From assembly GCA_039024555.1 (NCBI GenBank), contig JBCCQQ010000013.1, positions 1 to 64,000 of the forward strand: DNA of 64,000 nucleotides. The letters run 5' to 3'. The translations under genes and the position numbers were made by a program. Positions 9,872 to 20,169 of this stretch are shown here, one piece after another; the first letter of the stretch is position 1; each line of letters starts with the position of its first letter. The DNA is from Cyanobacteria bacterium P01_D01_bin.156 (GTDB lineage Bacteria; Cyanobacteriota; Cyanobacteriia; Phormidesmidales; Phormidesmidaceae). The notes under the pieces were generated by a model that had not been told where the DNA came from, ran no database searches, and was given only the letters and a program-made list of their open reading frames with translations.

Positions 9872-11632
9872 ATGGTCACGCAGCCATCAAATCCGTTTAG
9901 ACGTCCGCCGACCCGCCGACCGCGCTATCTACTATCACCCCGGTTTCGGCTGGTAACCGTATGGGCGTTTATGGTCCTAGTTATGGTGGGGCTGAGTGCT
10001 CGATTGGTGCGATTGCAGCTAATTATGGGTGAACGGCTGCAGGTCCAAGCCCAGGAACAGCGTCAAATCCCCCAGCGACCCCGAGCCTCGCGACGGCCGA
10101 TTATTGATCGCCAAGGTAATGTATTGGCAGTGGATCGGGTGGTGTATACCATCTACGCCCATCCGATGCTGTTTAGTCGTTCCCGTGAGGAAATGGCGAC
10201 GACCCTTGGAGAGTTGCTCAATCTGGCTCAAGATGGCCTATTGCAAAGATTTCAGGAGCAGGAAACCGGTATCCAAGTAGCTGTGGATGTTTCGGAGGAG
10301 CTGACGGAACGTCTGCGTAGTTTGCGCTTAGATGGTTTAGATCTACTGCCTAATCAGCAACGGTTTTATCCGCAGCAGGCTCTGATGTCCCAGCTGGTGG
10401 GCTACATCAACTTGGAAGGAGACTCTCAGGCAGGTTTAGAGTACGCGCTCGAAGAGCGGCTGCTTTATGAGCAAGAAGATGTGCCCTACGGAGGAAATCT
10501 TCAGCGGCAGTCGCTCACGATTGAGCGGCAACCGCTCAATCGCGATGCCCTGAAACTACAGCTGACGGTGGATAGCCGTTTACAGCGCATTGCTCAGAGA
10601 AATCTGGAGGCCACGGTACAGCGTCACGGGGCGAAACAGGGCGCTCTGATTGTGATGGATAGCCGAGATGGTGCAATCGTCTCTCTGGCTGTGACTCCTA
10701 CCTATGACCCAAATCGCTACTATGAAGCGGATGTAGAGCAGTTTAGAAACTGGGCTGTGAGTGACCTCTATGAGCCTGGCTCCACCTTTAAACCCATTAA
10801 CGTTGCGATCGCCCTTGAAGAAGGACTGATTAAACCAGATGAATACATCTTTGATGAGGGGAAGCTGCATTACGACGAGTGGGTGATTCAAAACGTTGAC
10901 TACACCGCCGTTGGTGGGCGTGGGTCCATCAACATTACAGATATTTTGCGCCATTCTAGTAATGTGGGCATGGTGCACATCATGGAACGGCTAAAGCGCT
11001 CTGATTACTACGCTTGGCTAGAAAAAATGGGATTAGGGTCGTCCACGGGCATTGAGCTTCCTGCTGAAAGCTTAGCCCAGCTTAAAACGCGTCCGCAGTT
11101 TGTCAATAGTGCCGTAGAAGCTGCCACTACCGCATTTGGTCAGGGTTTTTCGATCAATCCTATTCAGCTGGCTCAGCTCCATAGTGCCCTAGCGAATGGA
11201 GGCACCTTGGTTACACCCCATGTGGTGAGAGGATTAGTGGATCAAGAAGGGGGATTGATGTGGCAGCCCCAACGGCCAGCCACTAAACAACTTTTTTCTA
11301 AAGAGACCACCCAGGCTGTTGTCGGCATGATGGAAGCTGTGGTGAAGTCAGGTTCTGGTCAGTCAGCTCAAGTCGCTAACTATCGTTTGGGGGGTAAGAC
11401 TGGCACGGCCCAAAAAGCCAATGACTATGGCGGTTATGGGGATGGTCGGGTGGTCAGTTTTGTTGGCATCCTACCCGTTGAAAATCCCCGTTATGTTGTA
11501 TTGGCGGTGATTGATGAACCTTTGGGGGAAAATGCCTATGGTTCCACCGTTGCCGCGCCCTTAGTTAAATCAGTGGTTGAGTCCCTAGTGGTGATGGCAG
11601 GGATACCTCCATCATCAGCTGGGGACGAGTAA
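9872..11632 (+). CDS. ftsI: Class B PBP (FtsI/PBP3)
   Basis: [29 protein letters not shown]. Confidence 0.9.
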   Translation: MVTQPSNPFRRPPTRRPRYLLSPRFRLVTVWAFMVLVMVGLSARLVRLQLIMGERLQVQAQEQRQIPQRPRASRRPIIDRQGNVLAVDRVVYTIYAHPMLFSRSREEMATTLGELLNLAQDGLLQRFQEQETGIQVAVDVSEELTERLRSLRLDGLDLLPNQQRFYPQQALMSQLVGYINLEGDSQAGLEYALEERLLYEQEDVPYGGNLQRQSLTIERQPLNRDALKLQLTVDSRLQRIAQRNLEATVQRHGAKQGALIVMDSRDGAIVSLAVTPTYDPNRYYEADVEQFRNWAVSDLYEPGSTFKPINVAIALEEGLIKPDEYIFDEGKLHYDEWVIQNVDYTAVGGRGSINITDILRHSSNVGMVHIMERLKRSDYYAWLEKMGLGSSTGIELPAESLAQLKTRPQFVNSAVEAATTAFGQGFSINPIQLAQLHSALANGGTLVTPHVVRGLVDQEGGLMWQPQRPATKQLFSKETTQAVVGMMEAVVKSGSGQSAQVANYRLGGKTGTAQKANDYGGYGDGRVVSFVGILPVENPRYVVLAVIDEPLGENAYGSTVAAPLVKSVVESLVVMAGIPPSSAGDE

Positions 11633-12227
11633 AGATTGCGTTCTCTAGGTCATGCACTGCTTGTTCAAGGGTATCGTTGACGATTTGAATGTCAAACTCA
11701 GCCGCCGCCGCGATTTCTATCTGTGCCCGAGTCAAGCGTTTTGCGATCGCTTCATCTGAATCTTGTCCTCGACCCCGAATACGCATTTCTAACTCTTCCA
11801 TGCTGGGGGGGAGGACAAAAATTTGTTTTGCGTCCGGCAGACTATTTCGAACCTGACGTGCCCCGTCTAACTCAATTTCTAGAATAACGGTGTGGCCTCG
11901 ATCGATCATGGCGTCCAAAGGTTGACGCGGCGTGCCGTAAAAGTTGCCGGCAAATTCTGCCCATTCCAACAGCTCCCGTTGCTCCACCATGGCTTCAAAT
12001 TCAGACCGGGAGACAAAATAATAGTCCTTACCATGCTCTTCACCGGGGCGTGGCTGGCGGGTCGTGGTTGAAATCGATAGCTGAATATCTGGATAACGTT
12101 TAAGCAGCTGGCGCAACAGCGTGCCCTTACCCACACCGCTAGGTCCTGTAAATACAATCAGTTGCCCAACAAGAGTGGTTCTTTGGGCGATTGCTTGAGA
12201 ACTCAAAGGTACCGATGTCGAAGGCAT
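11565..12227 (-). CDS. gmk: Guanylate kinase
   Basis: [45 protein letters not shown]; start uncertain. Confidence 0.95.
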   Translation of the reverse strand: MPSTSVPLSSQAIAQRTTLVGQLIVFTGPSGVGKGTLLRQLLKRYPDIQLSISTTTRQPRPGEEHGKDYYFVSRSEFEAMVEQRELLEWAEFAGNFYGTPRQPLDAMIDRGHTVILEIELDGARQVRNSLPDAKQIFVLPPSMEELEMRIRGRGQDSDEAIAKRLTRAQIEIAAAAEFDIQIVNDTLEQAVHDLENAIFTRPQLMMEVSLPSPLGTQPLI

Positions 12228-12450
12228 AGTTAACGTAGAAAACAACAGTGATGTATCCCGGGAATAACCTTGGATAACTTCTTAGGTGATGTTTAATGAG
12301 CAACTGGTCTGCTTACAGCTGTGAAGGTTATAGCTCATTGTAGCTAGCTTCCACAGGAGCAGGCTGAGTATGTCAAAAGTTCTCGTTTAAGGATTCAGCT
12401 GGACCGATGCCAAACTGCGGTAATGGCCGAAAGACTATATTGCCTAGACT

Positions 12451-13230
12451 TTACGCTGGGGGCAAGTCAAACAGCACTGTGGTCATATAGCGCTCAGCCC
12501 ACACTGGATCGAATGCTTTTTCCAGAATGCGACGGGTTTTGTCATTTTGCTGTTGTTGGATGCAGTAGTTGCTCTGTCCAGCCAGGATTTCAGCCCGTCG
12601 ATTAGGGGTGGCGAGGGTGGAAATAGCCTGGTTGCAATTCAGCGTCAGGTAGTAAGTCACCTGGTCTAAAAAGCGGCGATACTCCAGATCATTAACGGGT
12701 TTGATAAAACAGCAATAATCCGAAAAAATATCTCCCCAGCTGGGCAGCTCTCGAGGCTGGGAATAGCCTGCTGTCCCCATGCCCTTGAGTGCGTGTTCAT
12801 AGGCTACAGGCAATCCAGCCGTACTGGTGGGTGAAAGATCCACAACAGCTGCACTAATTTGACCTCGACCGCTCACAATATCGCAACCAAACATTGGCAG
12901 AGCATAGTCTAGGCGAGGGAACATAACGCAATGGAGAATGTCCAGATTAGGCCCCACTTTGGCAAGTTCTAGGTGGAGTTTTCGAAACTCTGGGGTTTGG
13001 TAGCAGACATTTTCAATGATCAGACGTTCCCCCTCAAGCCGACTTTCTACGTAGCCCAGATCCTCTGGCAGGCTGTAGGGCGACAGGGAAAGGTAGCGCT
13101 GCCAAGTCGCTTCAATAATGTCTGCCAGTTCGGCAATAACGCTGTGCTGATGCTGACGGATGGAAGACTTTACCGTAATCGACATGGATGAGTGTTCAGG
13201 GCACCTAATGAATAAAGGGGACTGCACCAT
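12451..13230 (-). CDS. pcyA: Phycocyanobilin:ferredoxin oxidoreductase
   Basis: FRKLHLELA, LDILHCVMFP, PMFGCDIV, WGDIFS, QQQNDKTRRILEKAF. Confidence 0.95.
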   Translation of the reverse strand: MVQSPLFIRCPEHSSMSITVKSSIRQHQHSVIAELADIIEATWQRYLSLSPYSLPEDLGYVESRLEGERLIIENVCYQTPEFRKLHLELAKVGPNLDILHCVMFPRLDYALPMFGCDIVSGRGQISAAVVDLSPTSTAGLPVAYEHALKGMGTAGYSQPRELPSWGDIFSDYCCFIKPVNDLEYRRFLDQVTYYLTLNCNQAISTLATPNRRAEILAGQSNYCIQQQQNDKTRRILEKAFDPVWAERYMTTVLFDLPPA

Positions 13231-13606
13231 TACAAAAACGGTATCGTCGCAGGGATAAGAAGATTAGCCGTTGCTGATGTTCAGGTATGACCAGCTATAG
13301 CAACTTGCAATGGGGAAACTGCTTGCGCAGTGGCATACCGGTGTTTAGCAATACTAATTCATAAGTTCCAGTTTACAGCAGCACCCAGGTCTCGGGCAGG
13401 ATTGCTCTGTTATGTTCCAAATCGTCATTCAATTCCTGATGTTGACTTTTTTGTGGGGAAAAGATGGATACGCAATTGTTGACCTCTTTAGGGGTGATGT
13501 AAGGACGGTGCGGTCACCAGTATCTGCCCCCGGATATTGGTTGTGACCTGTTCGAATGTTCTTAGATATCTCTCTTTTTGATCTACACGCATATCTTCTC
13601 TACGCT

Positions 13607-15565
13607 ATGGTGGCCACACAACTTCGAACTCGTCAGGTTCTGGGGTTAAATCAACGTCAATATGAAGCTTTAAAGACAGCCCTGCAGCTCAATCTTCGGC
13701 GTCAGCTTTTGATTGCGGTGTGCGATAGCGATACCCTGCAACATCAGCTCGTGGATCGCCTCCAGTCAGATTTGGCGATTGCTAATCCTGAGTTGGACAA
13801 CGTTGATGCGGTGACCATCGAACAGCTTAGGTTTGACCCCAGCCAGCCGGATCTAGTCATGCAGTTAGTTCACTGGTTAAAGCAGGCGACCAAGCCGATG
13901 CCCCATCTACAGGTGGTGGGTTTGGAGGCGATGACCCATCAGTCGATGCGATCGCAAAATCATTTTCTACGCTCTTTAGATAACATGCCAGATTTGCTAC
14001 CCCATTTGGATAGCAGTCTGGTGCTCTGGGTTTCGTGGCCCTGGTACCGAACGTTAGAGCAGTCGGCTCCAGAATTTTGGCAATGGCGTAGCGGTGTTTT
14101 TACTTTTGTGGGTGAACCCGTGGCCGGGGTCTCCGATGCCCTCGTAGACCCATCAGCGGATGGCCTCTATGGTCAAACTCCCGACCATGCCACGTCTAAT
14201 GCGGATATTTGGCAGATTTTAAGTGAAGATTTGGCTCAGCTCGATCGGTCTGCTGCAGCCCAAGCCAATCAACAGATGCCAACTGGGCTGCCCCCAAGTT
14301 CAGATGTGGCTATGGCTCAACTTGGGACTGCCCCGCCTCAGGCCGTGGACCTGACGGCTATGAACAAGCCTCTAGAGTTTTTGGCCCAGCGCGAAACAGA
14401 TGGGGCTTCAGCTGAAGAACTCATCGATAGATACCGTACCCTAGGGCACTACTACCGCGATTTGATTGAGGCCGGGAATGTTACTCCTAATCTTCTAGAG
14501 ATGGCCATTACTACGTTTGATCGGTATCTCAAATGGCTGCCTGACGAAGATTCTCAGCGTTCTGTAGGGCTTAACGATTTGGGTACCCTGCACTGGCTTG
14601 CTGCTCAACATCAAAGCGATCGCACGGCGCTCATTGCCGGTATGCTGCGCAGTGCCGAACTTTATACCATGGGGCTGCAGTGTGGAGCTGTAGACGCTGA
14701 CATTAGCAGTCGTCTCTACGGTAACTTGGGGGCTGTTTACAGCGCCTTGGCCAATTACGACGATTCAGTGACCCATCTGAAAAACGCCGTTGCTGCCTAT
14801 CGTCAGGCATTACCGTTCTGCTCCATTGAGACGGCTCCAGGAGAGTATGGCATGTTGCAAAATAGTTTGGGCTCTGTGTATTGGAAACTGGCCTATTATG
14901 AGGAACCCAAGTCTTACTTACATCGTGCGATCGCAGCCTACAATGAAGCGCTGCGCTGCCACGATCCAGAGACCGAACCCCTGGACTATGCAGCGGTACA
15001 AAATAACCTGGGCATTGCTTACTGGAGCCTTTCGCGCCATGAACGCTCCATCTTTTTGCTCAAGCATGCCATTGCCGCTTATCGGGATGCCTTGAACTAT
15101 CGCACCCCCGCAACGGATGCCGCTGCCTGTGCCAGCACCTACAACAATCTAGGGACTGCCTTTTGGGAATTGGCAAACCATCCTGATGCCCCTGCAGACC
15201 CAGAGGGGCGCTATAAGCAAAATGCTGTGATTGCTTACGAAGCGGCTCTTAAAGCCTCGGAGATGGCACCGTCAAGTCTGGACGTCGCCTCTATTCGCCA
15301 TTGCCTGGGCAGCATCTACGACAAAATGGCCCGCACCGGAGATGTCGCGCCAGAAATGGTCGCCGCCCATTTAGCGCGTGCTCTAGAACATTATGTTGCA
15401 GCTCTAAAAATTACTCCAAAAGATGCCGCTACCTACGAACCCATTTTCAAGTCCTTGGTGCGTAATGTGGCTGAGCATCAGGAGCTCATAGGGTTAGATG
15501 GGCAGCAAAAGGCCCTGAATAAACTGCCTGCGGAGTTATTGCCTGAGGTGATGCTTAAGGTGTAG
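13607..15565 (+). CDS. TPR-repeat protein with a conserved cyanobacterial N-terminal domain
   Basis: Repeated NNLG...AIAAYxxAL TPR units; N-terminal SAPEFWQWRSGVFTF motif. Confidence 0.8.
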   Translation: MVATQLRTRQVLGLNQRQYEALKTALQLNLRRQLLIAVCDSDTLQHQLVDRLQSDLAIANPELDNVDAVTIEQLRFDPSQPDLVMQLVHWLKQATKPMPHLQVVGLEAMTHQSMRSQNHFLRSLDNMPDLLPHLDSSLVLWVSWPWYRTLEQSAPEFWQWRSGVFTFVGEPVAGVSDALVDPSADGLYGQTPDHATSNADIWQILSEDLAQLDRSAAAQANQQMPTGLPPSSDVAMAQLGTAPPQAVDLTAMNKPLEFLAQRETDGASAEELIDRYRTLGHYYRDLIEAGNVTPNLLEMAITTFDRYLKWLPDEDSQRSVGLNDLGTLHWLAAQHQSDRTALIAGMLRSAELYTMGLQCGAVDADISSRLYGNLGAVYSALANYDDSVTHLKNAVAAYRQALPFCSIETAPGEYGMLQNSLGSVYWKLAYYEEPKSYLHRAIAAYNEALRCHDPETEPLDYAAVQNNLGIAYWSLSRHERSIFLLKHAIAAYRDALNYRTPATDAAACASTYNNLGTAFWELANHPDAPADPEGRYKQNAVIAYEAALKASEMAPSSLDVASIRHCLGSIYDKMARTGDVAPEMVAAHLARALEHYVAALKITPKDAATYEPIFKSLVRNVAEHQELIGLDGQQKALNKLPAELLPEVMLKV

Positions 15566-15596
15566 TCAACCGCTACCAAGCGAGAGGGTTTCTCAA

Positions 15597-15694
15597 GGAA
15601 TTTAGAGTTCGGAGGTCGGAGTACTCTGCGAGAAGAGCAAAGCTTTACGGAATGCTCCACTTTTCTGAATTCTGACTTCTAAATTCCGACTTCA
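15597..15694. repeat. Inverted arrays of heptameric STRR-like repeats between convergent genes
   Basis: GAATTTA GAGTTCG GAGGTCG on the left and TTCTGAA TTCTGAC TTCTAAA TTCCGAC on the right. Confidence 0.55.
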
Positions 15695-15742
15695 GTCCTA
15701 GCCTGAATTTCCCAGCTTAAGTTGATACCTCACACCTATGTG

Positions 15743-16123
15743 CTATCCCTTACTGCTGGCTAATGTGGGGAGCTTTTTACGAATGATTGTTTGCAGCTCT
15801 TTACTCAAGTCATTATCACTGCGGTGGGCTTCCCAAGGACCATTGTGTTGTTTATCAAATCGCCATTGCCCAGTGATGTGGTTACCGTCCTCTGAGAGGG
15901 TGCCCGTGTATTGAATGGTGTAGCTGGAATTGTTGAAATACCGTTTTGTAAAGCTGACCTGACGGCCAATCACCTCTCCCTGGATTTGGGCTTCACCCAG
16001 AGAGCTATCATCCACAATGCGTCCGCTGAGACTATTGTTTGCTTGAACGAAAGTAGCTTCAAATCGAGTAGGGGTGTTTGCTTGCCAGTAAGAACCGAGC
16101 CAGGGACCTGTTAGTTCAGCCAT
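15743..16123 (-). CDS. Hypothetical beta-rich protein
   Basis: Coherent 126-aa ORF with WLGSYWQ, FTKRY, YTGTLSEDG..GQW pattern. Confidence 0.75.
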   Translation of the reverse strand: MAELTGPWLGSYWQANTPTRFEATFVQANNSLSGRIVDDSSLGEAQIQGEVIGRQVSFTKRYFNNSSYTIQYTGTLSEDGNHITGQWRFDKQHNGPWEAHRSDNDLSKELQTIIRKKLPTLASSKG

Positions 16124-16377
16124 TGTGTGTGTCCTTGCGCACTTCTCTTGATTTTGCTTCCACTAGCTTAATTGGGCAGACCTTCAATTACAGTCCTGGG
16201 CAAACCAATGGCCACAATTGGAGAAGTGCGAAAATTTTCAGAAGATATGGATTTACGCCTGTAATTCAAATCATTGGTGGTGTCTAAATCCCTGAAGCTG
16301 CAACTGCTATGTGTGGCGCAACCTGCGAAATACATTCCGCAGGTTGCTATAGTGATGCAATTCAGCCTCTTGTTCCC

Positions 16378-17226
16378 ATGGCGCTATTTCTGATTTTTGC
16401 CCTAATAGTTGCGTTTTTAGCGATCGCATTTGCCCTGCAAAACGACCAGCTAATCACCATTAACTTTTTTCTCTGGCAGTTAGAAGAGCAACACCTCGCC
16501 ACCGTGCTGCTGGCCACATCGGGGTTGGGGGTGCTGTTTGGCCTACTGGTAACCATTCCAGCCTTTCTAAAACGGCAATGGCGCATTTCCCGTGGTAAGC
16601 GACAGGCCCACAGCTTAGAAGATCAGCTACTGGCCAAACAACAAGAAGTCGAAACCCAAACGCGCAAGGCCTCCACCATGCGCCATAGCTATCAAAGTTT
16701 GCTGCAATCTTTGGATTTGCTGGACAACACCACCGGTTTGGTGAGCGATGTAGCTGTAGAGCGCACTACCCGTGCTCTGCTCCACAAAATGAATGCAGGA
16801 CATAAACAGTTCCAGTCTGTGGGATTACTGATGGTGCATCCTCAACCGCAGCAGCCCATGGGTGGCGACCTAAAAAAAGAGCAATCCCTATGGTCCGCTG
16901 TTGCCCAAATTTTGCAGCAAAACTTGACCGTGGATGCCTGGTTGTTTAGCAATAATCAGGGCCAGTTCACCTGTAGCCTCACCGGACTAGATGTGAAGGC
17001 TGTTAACCAATATGCCGAAACCCTGCGGTCTGCCCTAACCGATGCCCCCTTGACCTTACAAGATGGGACTAAAACCGCTCTGGATGTCAATATCGGTGGG
17101 GCCGTTACCGATCACGAACATCCTACTGAAAGCGAACAGCTACTGATTAGCAAGGCGGAAGCATCCTTAGCTCTAGCTCATAAGCGAGGGCATAACCGTC
17201 TGCGCGTTATCTGGGTAACTGATTAG
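16378..17226 (+). CDS. LapA (DUF1049) membrane domain fused to a degenerate GGDEF-like domain
   Basis: FALQN..ITINFFLWQ two-TM LapA signature, coiled coil, then DxxTGL, VNIGGA, KAEASLALAHKRGHNR with no GGDEF motif. Confidence 0.7.
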   Translation: MALFLIFALIVAFLAIAFALQNDQLITINFFLWQLEEQHLATVLLATSGLGVLFGLLVTIPAFLKRQWRISRGKRQAHSLEDQLLAKQQEVETQTRKASTMRHSYQSLLQSLDLLDNTTGLVSDVAVERTTRALLHKMNAGHKQFQSVGLLMVHPQPQQPMGGDLKKEQSLWSAVAQILQQNLTVDAWLFSNNQGQFTCSLTGLDVKAVNQYAETLRSALTDAPLTLQDGTKTALDVNIGGAVTDHEHPTESEQLLISKAEASLALAHKRGHNRLRVIWVTD

Positions 17227-17461
17227 ATGGTGTTATCCCCTCTCCAATAGTCATGGCTTCAAAATTTTTCCGTCAATTTTTTCTACGAGCGTGAAAAAGC
17301 ATGAAGCTAGGTTTTTCAATAGTTATGAGTATTTTTACTCAATGAACCATGACTTCCAGAAGCGTATTCCTTGACACAGATTCTTGAGCCTAGTGCCGTT
17401 GGTGCCTAAGATAAAGGTAACGACGAGTTTAAGAAAATCTGAAGGAACAGGAGGTATCCCT

Positions 17462-18415
17462 ATGGCAGAGCGTCCAATTATCCTCGGTATTGTCGGAGAC
17501 AGTGCTGCTGGTAAAACTACCCTAACTCGAGGGATTGCTCAAGTTCTTGGTGAGCATGATGTAACGACCATCTGTACCGATGACTATCATCGTTACGATC
17601 GTCAGCAGCGTAAGGAAATGGGAATTTCTGCACTGCACCCTGACTGCAACTATGTTGACATCATTGAGCAGCATTTAGAGCTACTCCGTCAGGGCCAGCC
17701 CATTCTTAAGCCCATTTACAATCACACCACGGGTGAATTTGATCCCCCGGAATATATCGAGCCTAAGAAGTTTGTGATCGTTGAAGGCTTGCTTGGCTAT
17801 TCTAGTCAGCGTGCCCGTGATGCCTACGACGTAAAGGTTTACCTAGCACCTCCCGAAGAGCTGCGTACCAAGTGGAAAATCAAGCGTGACACTCGCAAAC
17901 GTGGTTACGATGAAGCGGCTGTATTAGCCGCCCTTGCTGCCCGTGAGCCTGACTCTGAAGCATTTATTCGTCCCCAACGTAAGTGGGCCGATGTGGTTGT
18001 CACATTCTATCCTCCTGAGAACCCTGAGGAAGCTGCAAACGACTTGCTGCTCAACGTAAACTTGGTTCTACGTCCTACGATTCCTCACCCCGATTTCACT
18101 GACATTTTGGATAGCGATCTGGGTAAAGCGATTCGTCTGGGTTTAACCCGCGACATGGGTAAGCCTGTAGACGTCCTATCCATTGATGGCCATGCTACGC
18201 CTGAGCAGGTACAGAAGCTTGAGCGCATCCTATGTAGTGACGTTCCCTATCTGGGGCAATTCTGCAGCCTAGAGGGTAATGACGAAGTGGGTAAGATTGT
18301 TGGTACCACTGGAGAAACTCTGCAGAGTTACCCCCTTGCTTTAACTCAGTTGTTGATCACTTACCACATGCTCGTGGCTATGGGCAGTGCTGGAAAAGTG
18401 AAAGTAGCTGCCTAG
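17462..18415 (+). CDS. Phosphoribulokinase/uridine-kinase family protein (non-canonical PRK paralog)
   Basis: GIVGDSAAGKTT, CTDDYHRYDR, KPIYNHTTGEFDPPE, VEGL, KIKRD; RBS GGAGG upstream. Confidence 0.88.
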   Translation: MAERPIILGIVGDSAAGKTTLTRGIAQVLGEHDVTTICTDDYHRYDRQQRKEMGISALHPDCNYVDIIEQHLELLRQGQPILKPIYNHTTGEFDPPEYIEPKKFVIVEGLLGYSSQRARDAYDVKVYLAPPEELRTKWKIKRDTRKRGYDEAAVLAALAAREPDSEAFIRPQRKWADVVVTFYPPENPEEAANDLLLNVNLVLRPTIPHPDFTDILDSDLGKAIRLGLTRDMGKPVDVLSIDGHATPEQVQKLERILCSDVPYLGQFCSLEGNDEVGKIVGTTGETLQSYPLALTQLLITYHMLVAMGSAGKVKVAA

Positions 18416-18534
18416 TTTGCTACTAACCCAATTATTTAGATAGTAAGAAAATCGTCTTAGACGGTTCGATTGTCCTAAATAGGACTTAGGTTCCAAGGCA
18501 TTCAAAAATTGCCTTTGTGAACTTTATAGTCTTG

Positions 18535-18568
18535 ACACCCTTTGGAAACTCTTCCAAGGGGTGTTTTC
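18535..18568 (+). terminator. Intrinsic terminator after the PRK-like gene
   Basis: ACACCCTTTGGAA...TTCCAAGGGGTGT followed by TTT. Confidence 0.7.
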
Positions 18569-18677
18569 TATGTTGGTGATCATTTAGGGACCAGTGCTGT
18601 TGCTAAAACGGTATGCCACAATATCCGTGCTTCCATCGTCAGGCAGCTACTGTCAAACCAGCTGCCACAGTTTCAGA

Positions 18678-19949
18678 ATGTTTCGTTTTACCCGATTACC
18701 TCCTACTCATGAGTTTCCAAACTATGACCAGTGGCGTCATCGGTTTATGAAGCGGCGATTGAAATTAGGTCTTTTGTTTGGATTGCTGTATTTCGTGACC
18801 TTTTTACCTCTAGATATCCTGACGTATGTTTCTACAGGCCACGATCCGTTCCAGCTATGGTGGATTCTTACCAACCTAGTGCGCATTGCAATGTTGGTTC
18901 TATGTTTGTGGCTGATTCGAAAAAATGTTTATCGACCTCGCAGAATTCTGGGGGTCTTTTTGTTGGCCTCTTGGTCCATTAGTTTGTTGCATCGGTTCCA
19001 TGAGACCTATCAGGGGCTAGCTACGAATACCCCGATTTCAGATCCAGACTTGTTTAGCTGGGCACTCTCCTTTATGACCCAAGCTACCCTAATACCGGTC
19101 GCTTGGCCATTTCATCTGATTTCTCAGCTGGGAGCAATTATTTATTATTTTGGGGTTAATACGTTACTCGGGCTACAGGTGGTTTCCCCAGGCTTGCCTG
19201 CTGCCAGTTTGTTGCTTAATACATTCTGGATTTGCTGTATTTGCAACTGTTCTGTCTATTTTTATGAGAAGCTATCGCGACAAAATTTTACTGTTAATCG
19301 TCAGCTGGTGGAGTCTCAAGAAAAATCGGAACGATTGTTGCTCAACATCTTACCGAGACCCATTGCTGAGCAGCTGAAACAGGGACCAGATATTATCGCC
19401 GAGAGTTTTGCTGAGGTGACCGTGTTGTTTGCGGATATTGTCAATTTTACTCAGCTGACAGAAACTCAGCCAGCTGCGGAAATTGTTGACTTCTTAAATC
19501 AGGTGTTCTCCCGGTTTGATAAATTAGCCGAAAGTCACGGTTTAGAAAAAATTAAAACGATTGGTGATGCCTACATGGTGGCAGCAGGACTACCCCAACC
19601 CCAAGCGAACCATGCAGCAGCGGTGGCGGCTATGGCTATCGAAATGCAGGAGGCGTTGGCGGAGTTTAACGCCCAAACCCAGCAAAATATTGCCCTACGT
19701 ATTGGGATTCATACAGGACCGGTGGTTGCTGGTGTCATTGGGCTGAAGAAATTTGCCTATGATCTGTGGGGGGATACGGTCAATACGGCGAGCCGTATGG
19801 AATCCCACGGGTTGCCAAATCACATTCAAATTAGTGAGGCCACTTACAACCATTTACGGGCGAGTGGAAATCACTATGAATTTCGTTCCCGTGGCCCGAT
19901 TGTGATTAAGGGTAAGGGGCCGATGATGACCTATTTATTAGCCCAATAA
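18678..19949 (+). CDS. Membrane-bound class III adenylate cyclase
   Basis: About 6 TM segments, then LLLNILP, VTVLFADIVNFT, EKIKTIGDAYM, YDLWGDTVNTASRMES; the K/D specificity residues indicate ATP. Confidence 0.9.
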   Translation: MFRFTRLPPTHEFPNYDQWRHRFMKRRLKLGLLFGLLYFVTFLPLDILTYVSTGHDPFQLWWILTNLVRIAMLVLCLWLIRKNVYRPRRILGVFLLASWSISLLHRFHETYQGLATNTPISDPDLFSWALSFMTQATLIPVAWPFHLISQLGAIIYYFGVNTLLGLQVVSPGLPAASLLLNTFWICCICNCSVYFYEKLSRQNFTVNRQLVESQEKSERLLLNILPRPIAEQLKQGPDIIAESFAEVTVLFADIVNFTQLTETQPAAEIVDFLNQVFSRFDKLAESHGLEKIKTIGDAYMVAAGLPQPQANHAAAVAAMAIEMQEALAEFNAQTQQNIALRIGIHTGPVVAGVIGLKKFAYDLWGDTVNTASRMESHGLPNHIQISEATYNHLRASGNHYEFRSRGPIVIKGKGPMMTYLLAQ

Positions 19950-20169
19950 CCTATGGGTTAGTCCCCTGTTTGATGGAGAGCGTTCTAGAACAGGCCACTC
20001 AGCACTAACCAAGGGACATTTTCGATTACAGAATTGGGGTTGAAAATGTCAAGATGTCCATTGAAATTCGTTAGAAATAGCCAGCTTATTTTTTAGCCGT
20101 TGTGGCATAGTCTGTCTCCGCCCTAATCTGTAACAATTAGGGTCTGTATGGATCTCGAAGGAATTAACC

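Noticed and set aside
11565..11632. 68-bp 3' overlap of ftsI and gmk
   Set aside because: Most simply a non-conserved C-terminal run-on of gmk between convergent genes.
6347..13230. hemB, ho1 and pcyA close together as a bilin-synthesis cluster
   Set aside because: They are separated by unrelated genes and terminators, and pcyA is on the opposite strand; no operon evidence.
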